From: a virus
Taxonomy: Duplodnaviria; Caudoviricetes
Direction: 5' to 3' (one strand)
DNA length: 64,000 nt
IMG/VR virus record: IMGVR_UViG_3300005614_000001
Location: 32,001 to 96,000 of that record
Position 1 is the stretch's first letter. The number at the start of each line of letters is the position of its first letter. A program made the position numbers and the translations under genes. Below are positions 45,838 to 56,078 of the stretch, one piece after another. The notes beneath the pieces are model-generated. The model did no database searches and was not told the origin of the DNA. It worked only from the letters and a program-made list of their open reading frames with translations.

Positions 45838-48429
45838 TTACTTTTTTGGTTTTTGTTGTGCTTTCTGCTTTGCAATCTTCAGTTGTGCGGCAGTTCTTTT
45901 GGCTTCTTCCTCCAGCTTTTGTTTCTCCAGGGATAGTTTCTGTTGATTTATACTCTGGTCATGTATTAATTTCTGCTGTTCCTGCTGCAATTTTTGCATC
46001 TTCATCTGATAATCTCTATCTGCTTTCTCTCTCTCCAGGTCAAACTTTGTTTGCTCCAGGGCACTTTCATCTCCCGGTATAATCTCACTACCTCCTTTGG
46101 CTGAGGCCATTATCAGGGCTATCTTTTCCTTAGATTGTCTATCCAGCTCTTTATTATAGTTCTCAGTATCCACTTGTGCCTGGTGCTGCTGCATTTGTAA
46201 CTGCTGCTGTTGCTGGAACTGTTGTTGCTGCTGCTGTAATTCCTGTTGCTTGGTTTGTTGTTCCTGTTGGAACTTAGCATCTATATCATCCTTAGCATCT
46301 TTTAAAGTCTTAAGGATTTTTCTCATCGACTTAGTGTTTTGCATTACTGCTACATCATATGGAGAAGCACCATTCTGAAGCATAGCCTGGGATAGTGACT
46401 CCAACTGCATAAAAGCTTTAGCATCTTCTGCCCTGGATGTTACATATACTCCAAGTTCTTTTAATTTTATTTCACTGCCATTCACCTGTACAAAACTCTT
46501 CTCTCCTTCTGTGGAAATATTTGATATAGTAGATACGGGCTTTTGAGATTCTATATATAATGCTACATCTAATAATGCCTGATATAATTTGTTTAATACA
46601 TATTCATGTGTTGCAAACCATGATTCAGTCTGGGCATATGATTGAGTAATGGCAGTATTAGTGCCTGTAGCTGTTTCTGTAGCTGCTACTCCCCCAAGCC
46701 TTTGTTCATTTAATCCTACAAGTTTCCAGCATTCCTCCCTCATCCTTACTGCCAGTTGATAGCGGGATTCTATTTCCTGTGTCCTGGATAGATCCTGTCT
46801 TGCAAACTGGTTGAATGATGATGGTCCTTTGGTATTTTCAGGACTGTCATCTACAAATACTATCCCTTTTTCTCTAGCCTCTTCCTCCCATATCTCTATT
46901 GCATCCTGGTAAGAACCATCTTTTGGTACCGGGATATGTCTTATAGATGAAACAAATACTACCCCTATTTCCTTTTCCAGGAGGCGGAATAGTTGGTTCA
47001 TGGCTATGTTATACAACACCTGGAAAGGTTTCATTAGATCAACTAATGATCTTGGTTCATCTATATTCTTATTTTCAAATACTGCCCCTATTACCGGACA
47101 GTAATCCAGGATCTCCAGTGGTTTTACATAGTATACATCCTGTCCTATTTTTAGTCCCTGGTACCATTGGTTTATCCAACTCCATTCCAAAGATATTTGC
47201 CCAGGATGAGATTTATTTTTATAGTTTTCGTCTACCAGTGTTATTTCTTCCTCTCCCTGCTCATTGATGAAAGTCAGCTTCCCTATCTTCTTCTTGGAAC
47301 ACCAATAAGCCCTTACTACCATATACTTCTGCCCGAATACACCAACATTATTAGTAATCCCCAGAAAGTCTGCCAGCTCCTCATTATTCTCCTTCAGTTC
47401 TGCTTCCATTAGCAACCTGGTCTGTAGTACTAATGGGTCATATGTCTGGTAGGTAACTGAATTATGACCAGTTACTCCAGGCTTTACAAGGTTAGATTCA
47501 TTTGGAGAAAGAAGGTACGCTTGTTGTGTTAACTTTCTTAAGTGCTCTACTTCTTCTTCTGTAAGTTCATACTTACGCATAATCTCACTTATCTCCAGTA
47601 TTTCTATAGTCCCTGCAGCATATGCTCCTATTGTTGGGTTCATTGGGTCTGAGATATACTTCTCATCAGGAGTTGTAAGCCACCATACATTCTTTGGATT
47701 TACTACTTCTACATTAAACCCAAATGGAGAATTGTCTTCATATATATGATAGAACTCTTTCCCGGATATAAGAAGGTCCCTGAATGCATCTTCAGATTTC
47801 TCTTTCATAGAGAACCTTACTTTCATTGCTTCCAGTACTCTGCTTCCCCACATCTCTGCAGTAGAAGTATAGTCTGTCATATACTCCTTGACTTTCTCCT
47901 GGGTCATCTGCTCCAGTTCATCAGGACTATCTATCTGTGTCCCCTGTTGAGCCAGCATTCCCTGAAGTCTTTGCTTTGCATTATCTAATATATACTGCTG
48001 AAGAATTTGGGTTTTGAATTCCAATTCTTCACTTTTACTATCATCATCAAATGCTTTTACATATACATTATCCGGCCTTTTTGTCATCTCCCCCACCATA
48101 GTATTAATAGGAGGAGTTAGAATAGAATAATGCTTTACATACCCCGGTAGGTCATCACTTTGCAGAATGGTGTCTGTAAATGATTTTACTTCCGGTTCCA
48201 TGTAGAAGTCACTGCGGCGCAGTATTCCCTTCACTAGTTCATAGTTTGGGACCACTGTTCTTTTATTCTTTGCAAAATGGTTTATAGCTACAATAAAGAA
48301 ATAATCCATATTGCGCTTTATAAACTCATCTCCACTCTTTTCTTTATCTGTAAGAAACTGATTTGGATATAGGTTGAGCCATTGTTCTGCAGGGGTTTTA
48401 AACCCAGGAGATGTAGTAATAATTGGCAT
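45838..48429 (-). CDS. Portal protein
   Basis: 863 aa directly after TerL; HYSI..P.IN..VGE..KRP, SLVDLMKPFQ.LYNI.MN; Gln-rich C-terminal coil. Confidence 0.85.
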   Translation of the reverse strand: MPIITTSPGFKTPAEQWLNLYPNQFLTDKEKSGDEFIKRNMDYFFIVAINHFAKNKRTVVPNYELVKGILRRSDFYMEPEVKSFTDTILQSDDLPGYVKHYSILTPPINTMVGEMTKRPDNVYVKAFDDDSKSEELEFKTQILQQYILDNAKQRLQGMLAQQGTQIDSPDELEQMTQEKVKEYMTDYTSTAEMWGSRVLEAMKVRFSMKEKSEDAFRDLLISGKEFYHIYEDNSPFGFNVEVVNPKNVWWLTTPDEKYISDPMNPTIGAYAAGTIEILEISEIMRKYELTEEEVEHLRKLTQQAYLLSPNESNLVKPGVTGHNSVTYQTYDPLVLQTRLLMEAELKENNEELADFLGITNNVGVFGQKYMVVRAYWCSKKKIGKLTFINEQGEEEITLVDENYKNKSHPGQISLEWSWINQWYQGLKIGQDVYYVKPLEILDYCPVIGAVFENKNIDEPRSLVDLMKPFQVLYNIAMNQLFRLLEKEIGVVFVSSIRHIPVPKDGSYQDAIEIWEEEAREKGIVFVDDSPENTKGPSSFNQFARQDLSRTQEIESRYQLAVRMREECWKLVGLNEQRLGGVAATETATGTNTAITQSYAQTESWFATHEYVLNKLYQALLDVALYIESQKPVSTISNISTEGEKSFVQVNGSEIKLKELGVYVTSRAEDAKAFMQLESLSQAMLQNGASPYDVAVMQNTKSMRKILKTLKDAKDDIDAKFQQEQQTKQQELQQQQQQFQQQQQLQMQQHQAQVDTENYNKELDRQSKEKIALIMASAKGGSEIIPGDESALEQTKFDLEREKADRDYQMKMQKLQQEQQKLIHDQSINQQKLSLEKQKLEEEAKRTAAQLKIAKQKAQQKPKK

Positions 48430-51400
48430 CTAAAATAATTTGTTCTTTTTCTGAGTGAATAAGTTAAACCCGGAAGCAAATAAATTCCTTGCTCCTTGTT
48501 TCTTCTCTTTATTGAAATAATATTTGAACCTTGGATCTGTTTCCAATGTCGTAACCTTCCCCATAGGAGCTAAGTGATCTGCCATAGCTATAGCAAGTGA
48601 TGCGGCTACACAATTATGAGAAACTATATCATTTACTGTATATGAATGATCTTCTTCTACTTCTATATTATAAACTTCTTCAGATGAGGAATAGACATCT
48701 ATTGATTTTATAGGAATTATTATTCCTTCATCTATAACTCTATAGTTTTTTCTCTGAGATCTTTCCTTAAGATTTTTAAACTTCTTAGAACTACCTGGTA
48801 TAGAATTCAATATTTTATTTATACCTTCTATATTTTGAATGTCCAGTCTATACTGTTCTTTTGAGTTTGGATTTTTCTGTTTATTAATATTTCCAGAACA
48901 CCATATACCCTCGTCAAACATTAATCTCCTTATTTGTTTTATCAGATGTGTATATATACCAGATACCTCTATTGTTTCTCTGAAATTTATAGACCCTGGT
49001 GCCTTAGTTGATTTTTGATGACCATCTCCTTCTAAAAATCCTAATATTAATGGTAAAAGTCCTTTTGAGTTAAATAGAGGATCTTTTATAATTTTCTCCC
49101 CTCCCACTTTAATACTTATATTTTCATTTATTATATTATTAAATGTAGTGCAATTAAACTCTAAGTTGTAAGCAAATTTATCTTTCACCTTATATATTCT
49201 TGGGAGTTTTCTCTTTGATTTACATATAATATTATCTTTTTTTAAGTGATTATAAGAGGAATATGTAATTGGAGAAAAATCATCCACTTCTTCTAAAAGA
49301 GATTTTATATATTCTGCTATATGCAACTGATTCCCCTGAAAAGTTATTCTTACAGTATTTTTATGTTTATGCCCATCAGATAAATACCATCCTAATATAT
49401 ATAAGTATCTCCAGTTTAAATTACACTTTTTTAAATCTTTTCTAAATGGAATTAAAAGATAATCATTCTTATTTATATCTTTTGCCTCTTTCCATTTGAG
49501 ATCTCCTATTGTAAAATTTTTAAAGTAATTTTTACCGTTACCTTTTTTTATCTCACTTATTAATAAAGGGTGATTTTCTGTACATGTAAATTCCTCAATA
49601 CCTAATGGTTTAATTATATATTTATCTTTTTTGGAAACAGAGTTAAAAATATCCGTCACATTTTTGTATTTACCAGTATGTGTTAATACTCTATCCCCTA
49701 TTTTTAAATTTTCTATACATTTATATCCATCAATACAAAGAACTTTTGCCCCCTTTGTAAAACATCTATCAAAGTTCCCTGTATCATTAAACTTAATAAT
49801 CTCTTCCAGGAGCATTGCATCCAATACCCTGGTTACACCAGTAACTTCTTTTATAATAGAACCTTCTTCATCCTTTTCCTGGTATATTACCTGGTCCAGG
49901 TATCTCTTTAAGCAATTATTTAAATGATCTATTATCTTCTGTGATGAACGATGTACTCCATATTCCCTGGTAACTTGTGAATGAGGAACTACTTCTTTCA
50001 ACCATTCAGGTTGACGTTCCAGGTATCTTGCATCCCCTTTTGCCTTCATATAATCTATGAAAGATATTTCATCATTTTCACATAGAGTCCTGGCATTATA
50101 AAATTTTATAAGTAATCTTGCCTGTTCATGCCAGGTATCTTTACTATCTGGTCTTGCTACATATGAGGCTACAAACATATCCTGGAACTTATCTCCGGCT
50201 ATATCATGCATTCTCTTATAAATATATACTGCCCCAAGAGAGTCTGAATACTCTGACTTTCCCTGTCTATAAGGATCTACTCCGGCAACATACAGGCCAA
50301 ATGGAGGGTTCTGCATTGGCATCTCATATATTACTATTGGAGCATTCTTATTATCATTTGGTTTTGTTGGGAAGGAACCAACCGGGAGAGCATCTGTATG
50401 TTCAAAGATTATCTTCTCCCCATCATGTGCCAATAATACCGGGATGCCAGTTCTTCCATTTGCAAATATCCTGCCCTTCTGTGCAAGTGCTGCCTGGGTA
50501 TTGAATATATTAAAAGATGCTGTAAGAAAACATTCGTCTGGAGTATAAGGATAATACATTACAGCCTTAAGATATGCCTCTTGGTCATTGGCATCTTTAG
50601 CTGTTTTACGTTCCTCATCTATTATCTTCTTAGCTTTTTCAAGATCACTCTTCTGAAAGTTAAGATTATAAAGTTCACTTTCTTCCGGGATATCTATTTG
50701 TTTTTCTTCCTTTAACCATTCCCCAAGCTTACAGTCTACTTTTGCCTCCATTCTATAACTACCTGGAAGGAATAATCCATACTTCTTTTTCTCTTCTCCA
50801 AACTCTACTGCTAAGAAATTGTAAGCTTCTGGATTATAAAATATCTTTTCTGCATCACTTCCTTTTTCAAATGCACCACCTGTACCAACCAGTAGGGGTG
50901 AGCATCTCCACCCATATGGAGATGTGAACGCCGGGATGGCTGCCTCAAGACATCGTAGGAAAAGAAACTTTCCTATTTCATCAATTATGAATTCAGTTGC
51001 AGTAACCCCTGCTACTGCTTCTGTATTTTTACCATCATCTAAGTTACGTGGTAAAATAGTGGACCATGGTATACGATTGCCACTTTTATCTTTTATTCCT
51101 AAAGTAACCTGTCTCTTCCAATCATTTTCTATTCTACCCCATTTAAAATATGGGTGAACATTATTTAATCCTTTATCTATCTTATCAGCTATAAGTTTTA
51201 AATCCTTATCGTTACCTGCAGAGATAATACTTTCAGACCCCTCAAGTATTGTAGCTGCTCTCCCTATAATGGATGATTCAATCTCACTTTTGGAAAATCT
51301 TCGACTACCTACAGCGCACAACCCCTTTTTCTCTCTCCTGGCTTTTAACCTATATTCTGCAAGTTGCCATTCATTGTCTCTGAGAAGGGGCTTTCCTAAT

Positions 51401-51621
51401 ATTCTTTTTATGAACCCTGTATTTTTATTCTCAAGATCCATATGTATATTCCAATGATTGGTATGCCAGTATAACCATCCATCTATGTACACTCCATTTA
51501 CAAAGAATCCATTTTCTATTTTGTCTATTTCATTCTGAAAAAAGGCATCATACTCCTCTGACTTTTCATCAGGGATGGATTTCATATTTATAAAGAACTC
51601 TTGTGTAGTTGTAAAGTCCAA
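48430..51621 (-). CDS. terL: Terminase large subunit containing an intein (679-aa extein)
   Basis: YWHTNHW, RDNEW, GSRRFSKS, IIDEIGK (Walker B), GTGG, AGVDPY (RNase H Asp), NFDR. Confidence 0.92.
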   Translation of the reverse strand: MDFTTTQEFFINMKSIPDEKSEEYDAFFQNEIDKIENGFFVNGVYIDGWLYWHTNHWNIHMDLENKNTGFIKRILGKPLLRDNEWQLAEYRLKARREKKGLCAVGSRRFSKSEIESSIIGRAATILEGSESIISAGNDKDLKLIADKIDKGLNNVHPYFKWGRIENDWKRQVTLGIKDKSGNRIPWSTILPRNLDDGKNTEAVAGVTATEFIIDEIGKFLFLRCLEAAIPAFTSPYGWRCSPLLVGTGGAFEKGSDAEKIFYNPEAYNFLAVEFGEEKKKYGLFLPGSYRMEAKVDCKLGEWLKEEKQIDIPEESELYNLNFQKSDLEKAKKIIDEERKTAKDANDQEAYLKAVMYYPYTPDECFLTASFNIFNTQAALAQKGRIFANGRTGIPVLLAHDGEKIIFEHTDALPVGSFPTKPNDNKNAPIVIYEMPMQNPPFGLYVAGVDPYRQGKSEYSDSLGAVYIYKRMHDIAGDKFQDMFVASYVARPDSKDTWHEQARLLIKFYNARTLCENDEISFIDYMKAKGDARYLERQPEWLKEVVPHSQVTREYGVHRSSQKIIDHLNNCLKRYLDQVIYQEKDEEGSIIKEVTGVTRVLDAMLLEEIIKFNDTGNFDRCFTKGAKVLCIDGYKCIENLKIGDRVLTHTGKYKNVTDIFNSVSKKDKYIIKPLGIEEFTCTENHPLLISEIKKGNGKNYFKNFTIGDLKWKEAKDINKNDYLLIPFRKDLKKCNLNWRYLYILGWYLSDGHKHKNTVRITFQGNQLHIAEYIKSLLEEVDDFSPITYSSYNHLKKDNIICKSKRKLPRIYKVKDKFAYNLEFNCTTFNNIINENISIKVGGEKIIKDPLFNSKGLLPLILGFLEGDGHQKSTKAPGSINFRETIEVSGIYTHLIKQIRRLMFDEGIWCSGNINKQKNPNSKEQYRLDIQNIEGINKILNSIPGSSKKFKNLKERSQRKNYRVIDEGIIIPIKSIDVYSSSEEVYNIEVEEDHSYTVNDIVSHNCVAASLAIAMADHLAPMGKVTTLETDPRFKYYFNKEKKQGARNLFASGFNLFTQKKNKLF
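48613..49764 (-). mobile_element. 384-aa intein with LAGLIDADG homing endonuclease
   Basis: Starts CFTKGAKV (C1); CTENHP block B; LGWYLSDG and LGFLEGDG; ends VYNIEVEEDHSYTVNDIVSHN/C; AT-richer than flanks. Confidence 0.95.
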
Positions 51622-51626
51622 AGTTG

Positions 51627-51953
51627 TTATTCTCCTCCTTCTATTTTTCTTTTCATCATACCACCAACACTTTGCCCACCTCTGGCTTCTATTTTCTTTT
51701 CCTCTGCTTCTCTTAATTTCCCTATAGCTTCTATCAGAAAGGAGTAATCTTTAAGTGCTTCTCTCCTTGCTTTCTGTTGTGCCTCTTTATTAGAAACTAC
51801 TTTTTCAGATGGCCCTTTTGCTCCCTCCAGCATAACTATTCTGTCTGACAAAGAGTTGTAAGGATTTGTTTCTACCTCTTCTTTTATTTCATTTGCTCTT
51901 TGTTCAAGCCAATCTAACTCCTCTGTTATATAGTTATTCTTCTTTGTAGCCAT
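51627..51953 (-). CDS. Conserved helical protein upstream of TerL (possible small terminase)
   Basis: 108 aa; position only. Confidence 0.5.
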   Translation of the reverse strand: MATKKNNYITEELDWLEQRANEIKEEVETNPYNSLSDRIVMLEGAKGPSEKVVSNKEAQQKARREALKDYSFLIEAIGKLREAEEKKIEARGGQSVGGMMKRKIEGGE

Positions 51954-52732
51954 TATAGAAAATTTTGTGCAAAAGGAGATAACTCTATAAAATGTTTATA
52001 GCATGTAGAGTAGTGATTATTAAGTTCTGTGTTTACAGGTTCATCAAATTGCTTACAACTATATTCAAGTTTATACCCTAACTTCTTTAACAAAAATATA
52101 GTAGAAGATTTTATAGTTACTTTATCATTTCCTACTATCATTCGTATAGGTATATCATCTTTGATATGATCTGCCCATACTTTCCCGTAAAATAAAGTAA
52201 TTTCTATTTTACAAATTAGCTCCCCTCTATCTAAAGATTCCTGTATCCTTTCAAAGATATAGTTAGCATCTTCTGTATAGAAACTACATGAATGATATTC
52301 ATATAGATTCTCCCTATAGGTACGTGCATTTATTGGCTCGCACTTATATAGAAACTCTTTTACTTGTGGTTGGAGATCTATGAAATTTTCATCTGTCATT
52401 TTTACTATAAATCCTATTATAGAATAGTCGTCAAATCCATAACTATATAGTGGTGATATTTTTCTTTTATCAATACTTAAGTCTATCCCAAGAAGTTCAT
52501 ACATTTTCTCTGTTATAATCATCCCATCATTTAAATTTCTTACTTCTTTTTTATCAAGAAATTCCTTGCAAACTTCATCAAATGATTCATCAGGAACTTG
52601 AATACTATCTATCACCTTAAAATCTTTAACACTACTGGCAAAAGATTTAGATCTAGTTGGATAGTATACAATTACTGGTTGACCAGTAGAACTTATATTA
52701 TCTTCTTCAAAGAAGCCAATTTGATTTTCCAT
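51953..52732 (-). CDS. Hypothetical protein
   Basis: 259 aa; TAATG coupling to next gene. Confidence 0.65.
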   Translation of the reverse strand: MENQIGFFEEDNISSTGQPVIVYYPTRSKSFASSVKDFKVIDSIQVPDESFDEVCKEFLDKKEVRNLNDGMIITEKMYELLGIDLSIDKRKISPLYSYGFDDYSIIGFIVKMTDENFIDLQPQVKEFLYKCEPINARTYRENLYEYHSCSFYTEDANYIFERIQESLDRGELICKIEITLFYGKVWADHIKDDIPIRMIVGNDKVTIKSSTIFLLKKLGYKLEYSCKQFDEPVNTELNNHYSTCYKHFIELSPFAQNFL

Positions 52733-52772
52733 TATGTAGTTATTTTAATGTATTGGTTTAATCTACTTCTAT

Positions 52773-53069
52773 TTAGAAGTCCTCCTCTGTACTTCCCAGG
52801 ATATCATCACAGAGTTTATCGAAGTTTGTTCCTTCTTCTATAATTCTTCTGATATCACTTGAATGTGGGATATCTATATCTAACTCTTTCTGACACTTGT
52901 ATTTATCCAGGATGAAGGCAAATTCCTTATTACTTATCCCATCAAAGTTATCATAGTCACTTAGTGCCATTGATAGGTGTGTTGACACCGGAAGGTTTGG
53001 AGATAATTTTAGTATCTCTTTTATACTATTCAGGATAGAGTTAACGTGGTTTTTCTTGCTGCTCTGCAT
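52773..53069 (-). CDS. Hypothetical protein
   Basis: 98 aa in operon. Confidence 0.6.
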   Translation of the reverse strand: MQSSKKNHVNSILNSIKEILKLSPNLPVSTHLSMALSDYDNFDGISNKEFAFILDKYKCQKELDIDIPHSSDIRRIIEEGTNFDKLCDDILGSTEEDF

Positions 53070-53388
53070 CTTCTATGGCTTTTTGTATATCAAGATCCTC
53101 TTGTTCAGTAGAAACTGCAAACCATTTTAAAGGACGCTGATCATTTGGGTTATATTTATTGTGCATCTCCAATCCACAATTACTGGAAAGGGAAGCTGTT
53201 TTTAATTTAAGGAAGCAACCACATGAGGAACATTTACTGAATGTATCTATCTCTCCTGGAGTAGTGTTCATTTCACACCCTATACAGATAGCCATTCTCT
53301 CCTTCTGTGTCTGCTCTATTAAGCTCTTTAGTTCCTTTGGGGGAAAGGTGCTATTCCTCACTCCCTCAAGTATCTTCTTAAAGTCCAT
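53041..53388 (-). CDS. Zn-finger protein
   Basis: R..IC.GC...C..CGC.L..KT......C...KW. Confidence 0.7.
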   Translation of the reverse strand: MDFKKILEGVRNSTFPPKELKSLIEQTQKERMAICIGCEMNTTPGEIDTFSKCSSCGCFLKLKTASLSSNCGLEMHNKYNPNDQRPLKWFAVSTEQEDLDIQKAIEDAEQQEKPR

Positions 53389-53716
53389 TTGTTTTGGTTT
53401 TTAAATATTCTATTTCTGAAGTGGCAGATTCCAGTTTCTTTATAAGGGTGGTTCTTTTTATATCCCCTTCTTCTAAAGATTCCAGCCTGGAGAGGTAAGA
53501 AGAGATAAACTTTTCTAATAGTTCTATTCTCCTGTTTACTTTCCCCATCCTTATTTTAAACTTTCCCAGCCCTGACACTTCTATACTACTGGTAGATGAC
53601 ATATTATCATATACACTTTTCCATTGCCACCTTATAACTGCATCCACTACTTCTTCCGATAGAGACAGTAGCTTTGCTGTTTGTTTAGCTTTCTGCTCCA
53701 GGGTTGAGGGTGTCAT
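53378..53716 (-). CDS. HU/IHF-like protein
   Basis: A..L.LS...V..VI.......SIEVSGLGKF.I. Confidence 0.6.
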   Translation of the reverse strand: MTPSTLEQKAKQTAKLLSLSEEVVDAVIRWQWKSVYDNMSSTSSIEVSGLGKFKIRMGKVNRRIELLEKFISSYLSRLESLEEGDIKRTTLIKKLESATSEIEYLKTKTNGL

Positions 53717-54065
53717 TTATTATAGTTATTTCTATTTTAAAAGATGGAGAGGAGAAATCCGGGAGTATGATAGGATTGACCTTTATCTTTCCTTCTTTCT
53801 TTACCAGGATGTTTAACTTCTGCAGCCGGGAGCTCATATTATTAAATGAGAACTTACTGCTTTGGAATGTTCTTATAAACTCTTCCCTCACCGGGGGAGT
53901 AGTGATGGTACCATTAATTGCAGAGAAAGCAACCAGGTCTATCTCAAGTGGTTTAACCTTTATATTGTTTACTTTAAACAGTACTCCATAATACCTTTTG
54001 GCTACTTCAAACTTTGAAGGAACCTGTATTTGTATCTTCTCTGGAGAATACTTTACTTCTTTCAT
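53685..54065 (-). CDS. Winged-helix DNA-binding protein
   Basis: FNNMSSRLQKLNILVK..GKIKVNP wing motif. Confidence 0.55.
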   Translation of the reverse strand: MKEVKYSPEKIQIQVPSKFEVAKRYYGVLFKVNNIKVKPLEIDLVAFSAINGTITTPPVREEFIRTFQSSKFSFNNMSSRLQKLNILVKKEGKIKVNPIILPDFSSPSFKIEITIINDTLNPGAES

Positions 54066-54153
54066 ACAAAAGTACTAATAAATATAGGAAATATATATGT
54101 GTTTATTACTTTATTTCCATAAGTAATGCTATATCATAGCAAAGTTTTTCATC

Positions 54154-54507
54154 CTATCGTGGAGAAACAGGGGTTTCTGTAACCAATTTATTATACTTCT
54201 CCAGCTCCTTTTTGAACTTATCAAATGTACAGTTTAGGTTAAGACTTTCCCCAGTAGTAAGAGTTACCTGTACCTGGTTCATCTTGGGATTCTCAAGGTT
54301 ATAGTGGGATTCTTCCAGGCTATAGCACTCTGAGAAGTTAGATATTTCTTCCGGATTGATGGCTATCTTAGATATTATTGGGATTGGGGTATGTTCAGGG
54401 CCAGGGGCTGGAAATTCACTTTCAAACTGCTTTTCCAGTTCACGCTGATACTCAGCCATTTCCTTTGCATTGTATATATTAGTCGTAAACTCTATGAATC
54501 TTTTCAT
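54154..54507 (-). CDS. Hypothetical protein
   Basis: 117 aa with its own promoter. Confidence 0.65.
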   Translation of the reverse strand: MKRFIEFTTNIYNAKEMAEYQRELEKQFESEFPAPGPEHTPIPIISKIAINPEEISNFSECYSLEESHYNLENPKMNQVQVTLTTGESLNLNCTFDKFKKELEKYNKLVTETPVSPR

Positions 54508-54529
54508 TAATTATACATCATTTATTATA

Positions 54530-54560
54530 CAAATATATAACTTATTATGTTATTTCCAAA
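54530..54560 (-). promoter_or_regulatory. Bacteroidota sigmaA promoter
   Basis: TTTG-N19-TATATTTG, exact consensus. Confidence 0.7.
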
Positions 54561-54582
54561 TATATTTTATATTATTTTTTAT

Positions 54583-54816
54583 TTATAAATCTAACCTGGC
54601 TCTTTCTCCTTTCTCTTCACTGCCCCTGAATGCTTTCTTAATTAAATATTTCCCCCCATTCTGTAAGTTTACCAGAACTTCTCCGCTCTGTAGTACATTA
54701 TCTTTCATACCTGGATAGATATCTTCATGTGCTATATCATCTACAAAAGATTGAAACTCAAGTTCATCCAGGTAATATATTCCTTCCGGGCGATTGTATA
54801 GATCTTCTAATTTCAT
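54583..54816 (-). CDS. Hypothetical protein (MKLEDLY family, copy 1)
   Basis: 77 aa; paralog directly upstream. Confidence 0.65.
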   Translation of the reverse strand: MKLEDLYNRPEGIYYLDELEFQSFVDDIAHEDIYPGMKDNVLQSGEVLVNLQNGGKYLIKKAFRGSEEKGERARLDL

Positions 54817-54861
54817 GGTATAAATTTTAATTTGTAGATGCGTCCCATATAAGATTCTGTT

Positions 54862-55020
54862 TTAAGCACCCTGTCTTTTTTTTACTTTATCTATAAGTTT
54901 ATTTATAAATTCTGAATGTATATCAGATTCATTTATTAAATCTGCAAAGAACTCTCTAAATGCAGTGTCATTAAAATAATATGTTCCTGGCTTACTTTTA
55001 TACAAATCCTCTAATTTCAT
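54862..55020 (-). pseudogene. Unlisted MKLEDLY paralog, apparently frameshifted in an A8 tract
   Basis: MKLEDLYKSKPGTYYF...KVKKRQGA* (52 aa); removing one A at 54876-54883 gives KDRVLKT..., ending in an ATGA overlap with copy 1. Confidence 0.55.
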
Positions 55021-55092
55021 AATTATAGTTTTAAAAATAAAAGCTGATGTAGAAACACCAGCTCTGAATAGTCTATTTGAAATGAAACAATA

Positions 55093-55446
55093 TTAGTCTA
55101 CTTTAATGACAAAAGATGACTCTACATTATGTACCCTTGTGAACCAATTCCCAATATCTCCATAAGCTGGATCGTAGGGTTTTGATATCTCTACATCATA
55201 GGATACACAGCATTCAGAAAAGTGGACCTTAATAACCTTACAGTCTGTAATCTGTTGATCTCCAAACTTTAAAATCACTTCATCTCCAACCTGATGAGCT
55301 GCCGGAAGAAGTCTTAAGGTAATCATTTTCTCCTTAAAGAACTCGGCACCTTTAAGAAATTCTCCATCATGTAGTAGTGAAACAGAATCCATTAGATTAT
55401 CTAATGCATTATCCCACATCCTTTTTTCTCGTTTTACTTTTGACAT
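55093..55446 (-). CDS. Hypothetical protein (SH3/KOW-like beta barrel)
   Basis: HQVGDEV......C.V.KVHF....VSYDV...TRVHNVES. Confidence 0.6.
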   Translation of the reverse strand: MSKVKREKRMWDNALDNLMDSVSLLHDGEFLKGAEFFKEKMITLRLLPAAHQVGDEVILKFGDQQITDCKVIKVHFSECCVSYDVEISKPYDPAYGDIGNWFTRVHNVESSFVIKVD

Positions 55447-55487
55447 ATTGTTTATGTTCAGCTTACTCTGTCCCCAGTTTTTATATT

Positions 55488-55841
55488 TTAAACAGGTTTT
55501 ACTATAATATCTCCATCATGTATAACAGGAGGATTGTATATATAATCTGTTACCTGAGTATCTACTATATTAGCTTTCTTTATCTCCAGTTCTTCCTTTG
55601 CTATCATCTCCCCTAATACATTATATGCCCATTTCAAGGCAGTAATGTCATAATTATTTATAGGGCGAATCTTTGTATTGCCACCTTCATCTTTATTGGC
55701 AAAACAGAATCCTCCAGTTGCTGGAATATAAAGTCCAAACTTCTGCACCAGCTTATCCCGAACATCATCAGAATGTTCATAATCCAACTGTACTACAGGA
55801 AGGTTATCATAATCAACGTCAATCCTTACTTTTGATTTCAT
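55488..55841 (-). CDS. Hypothetical protein
   Basis: 117 aa, first gene of leftward arm. Confidence 0.65.
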   Translation of the reverse strand: MKSKVRIDVDYDNLPVVQLDYEHSDDVRDKLVQKFGLYIPATGGFCFANKDEGGNTKIRPINNYDITALKWAYNVLGEMIAKEELEIKKANIVDTQVTDYIYNPPVIHDGDIIVKPV

Positions 55842-55907
55842 AAATGTTTGTTTTTAAATGTTTAAATAAATGAATAAATTATAGGCTTAATTAGTCACTA
55901 TATATTA

Positions 55908-55938
55908 CAAAGATATACAATATATAATATCTTCCAAA
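55908..55938 (-). promoter_or_regulatory. Bacteroidota sigmaA promoter
   Basis: TTTG-N19-TATCTTTG. Confidence 0.7.
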
Positions 55939-56078
55939 TTTATTTTTTATTTTCTAATTTTTTTTCCAATTTTTAAAATCTTTTATATGGCTTTTAGAAT
56001 ACCTCTATTGAAGGTGGGCTTAAATTAAAACAGCCGCAGATTAGCGGCTGTAAATGTTTTAGTCGTCGGCGGCTAAAG

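Noticed and set aside
46180-46270. CAG/CAA-rich repeat in portal as a contingency locus
   Set aside because: Mixed codons encoding a Gln-rich coiled coil; not a pure slippage tract.
530-55616. Numerous plus-strand ORFs of 60-190 aa in the ORF track
   Set aside because: They are antisense shadows of long minus-strand genes, with no motifs or leaders.
55988-56030. Third decayed tRNA-like copy (ACCT-CTATTGA-AGGT...TTAAAT)
   Set aside because: No D- or T-arm can be formed; resemblance too weak.
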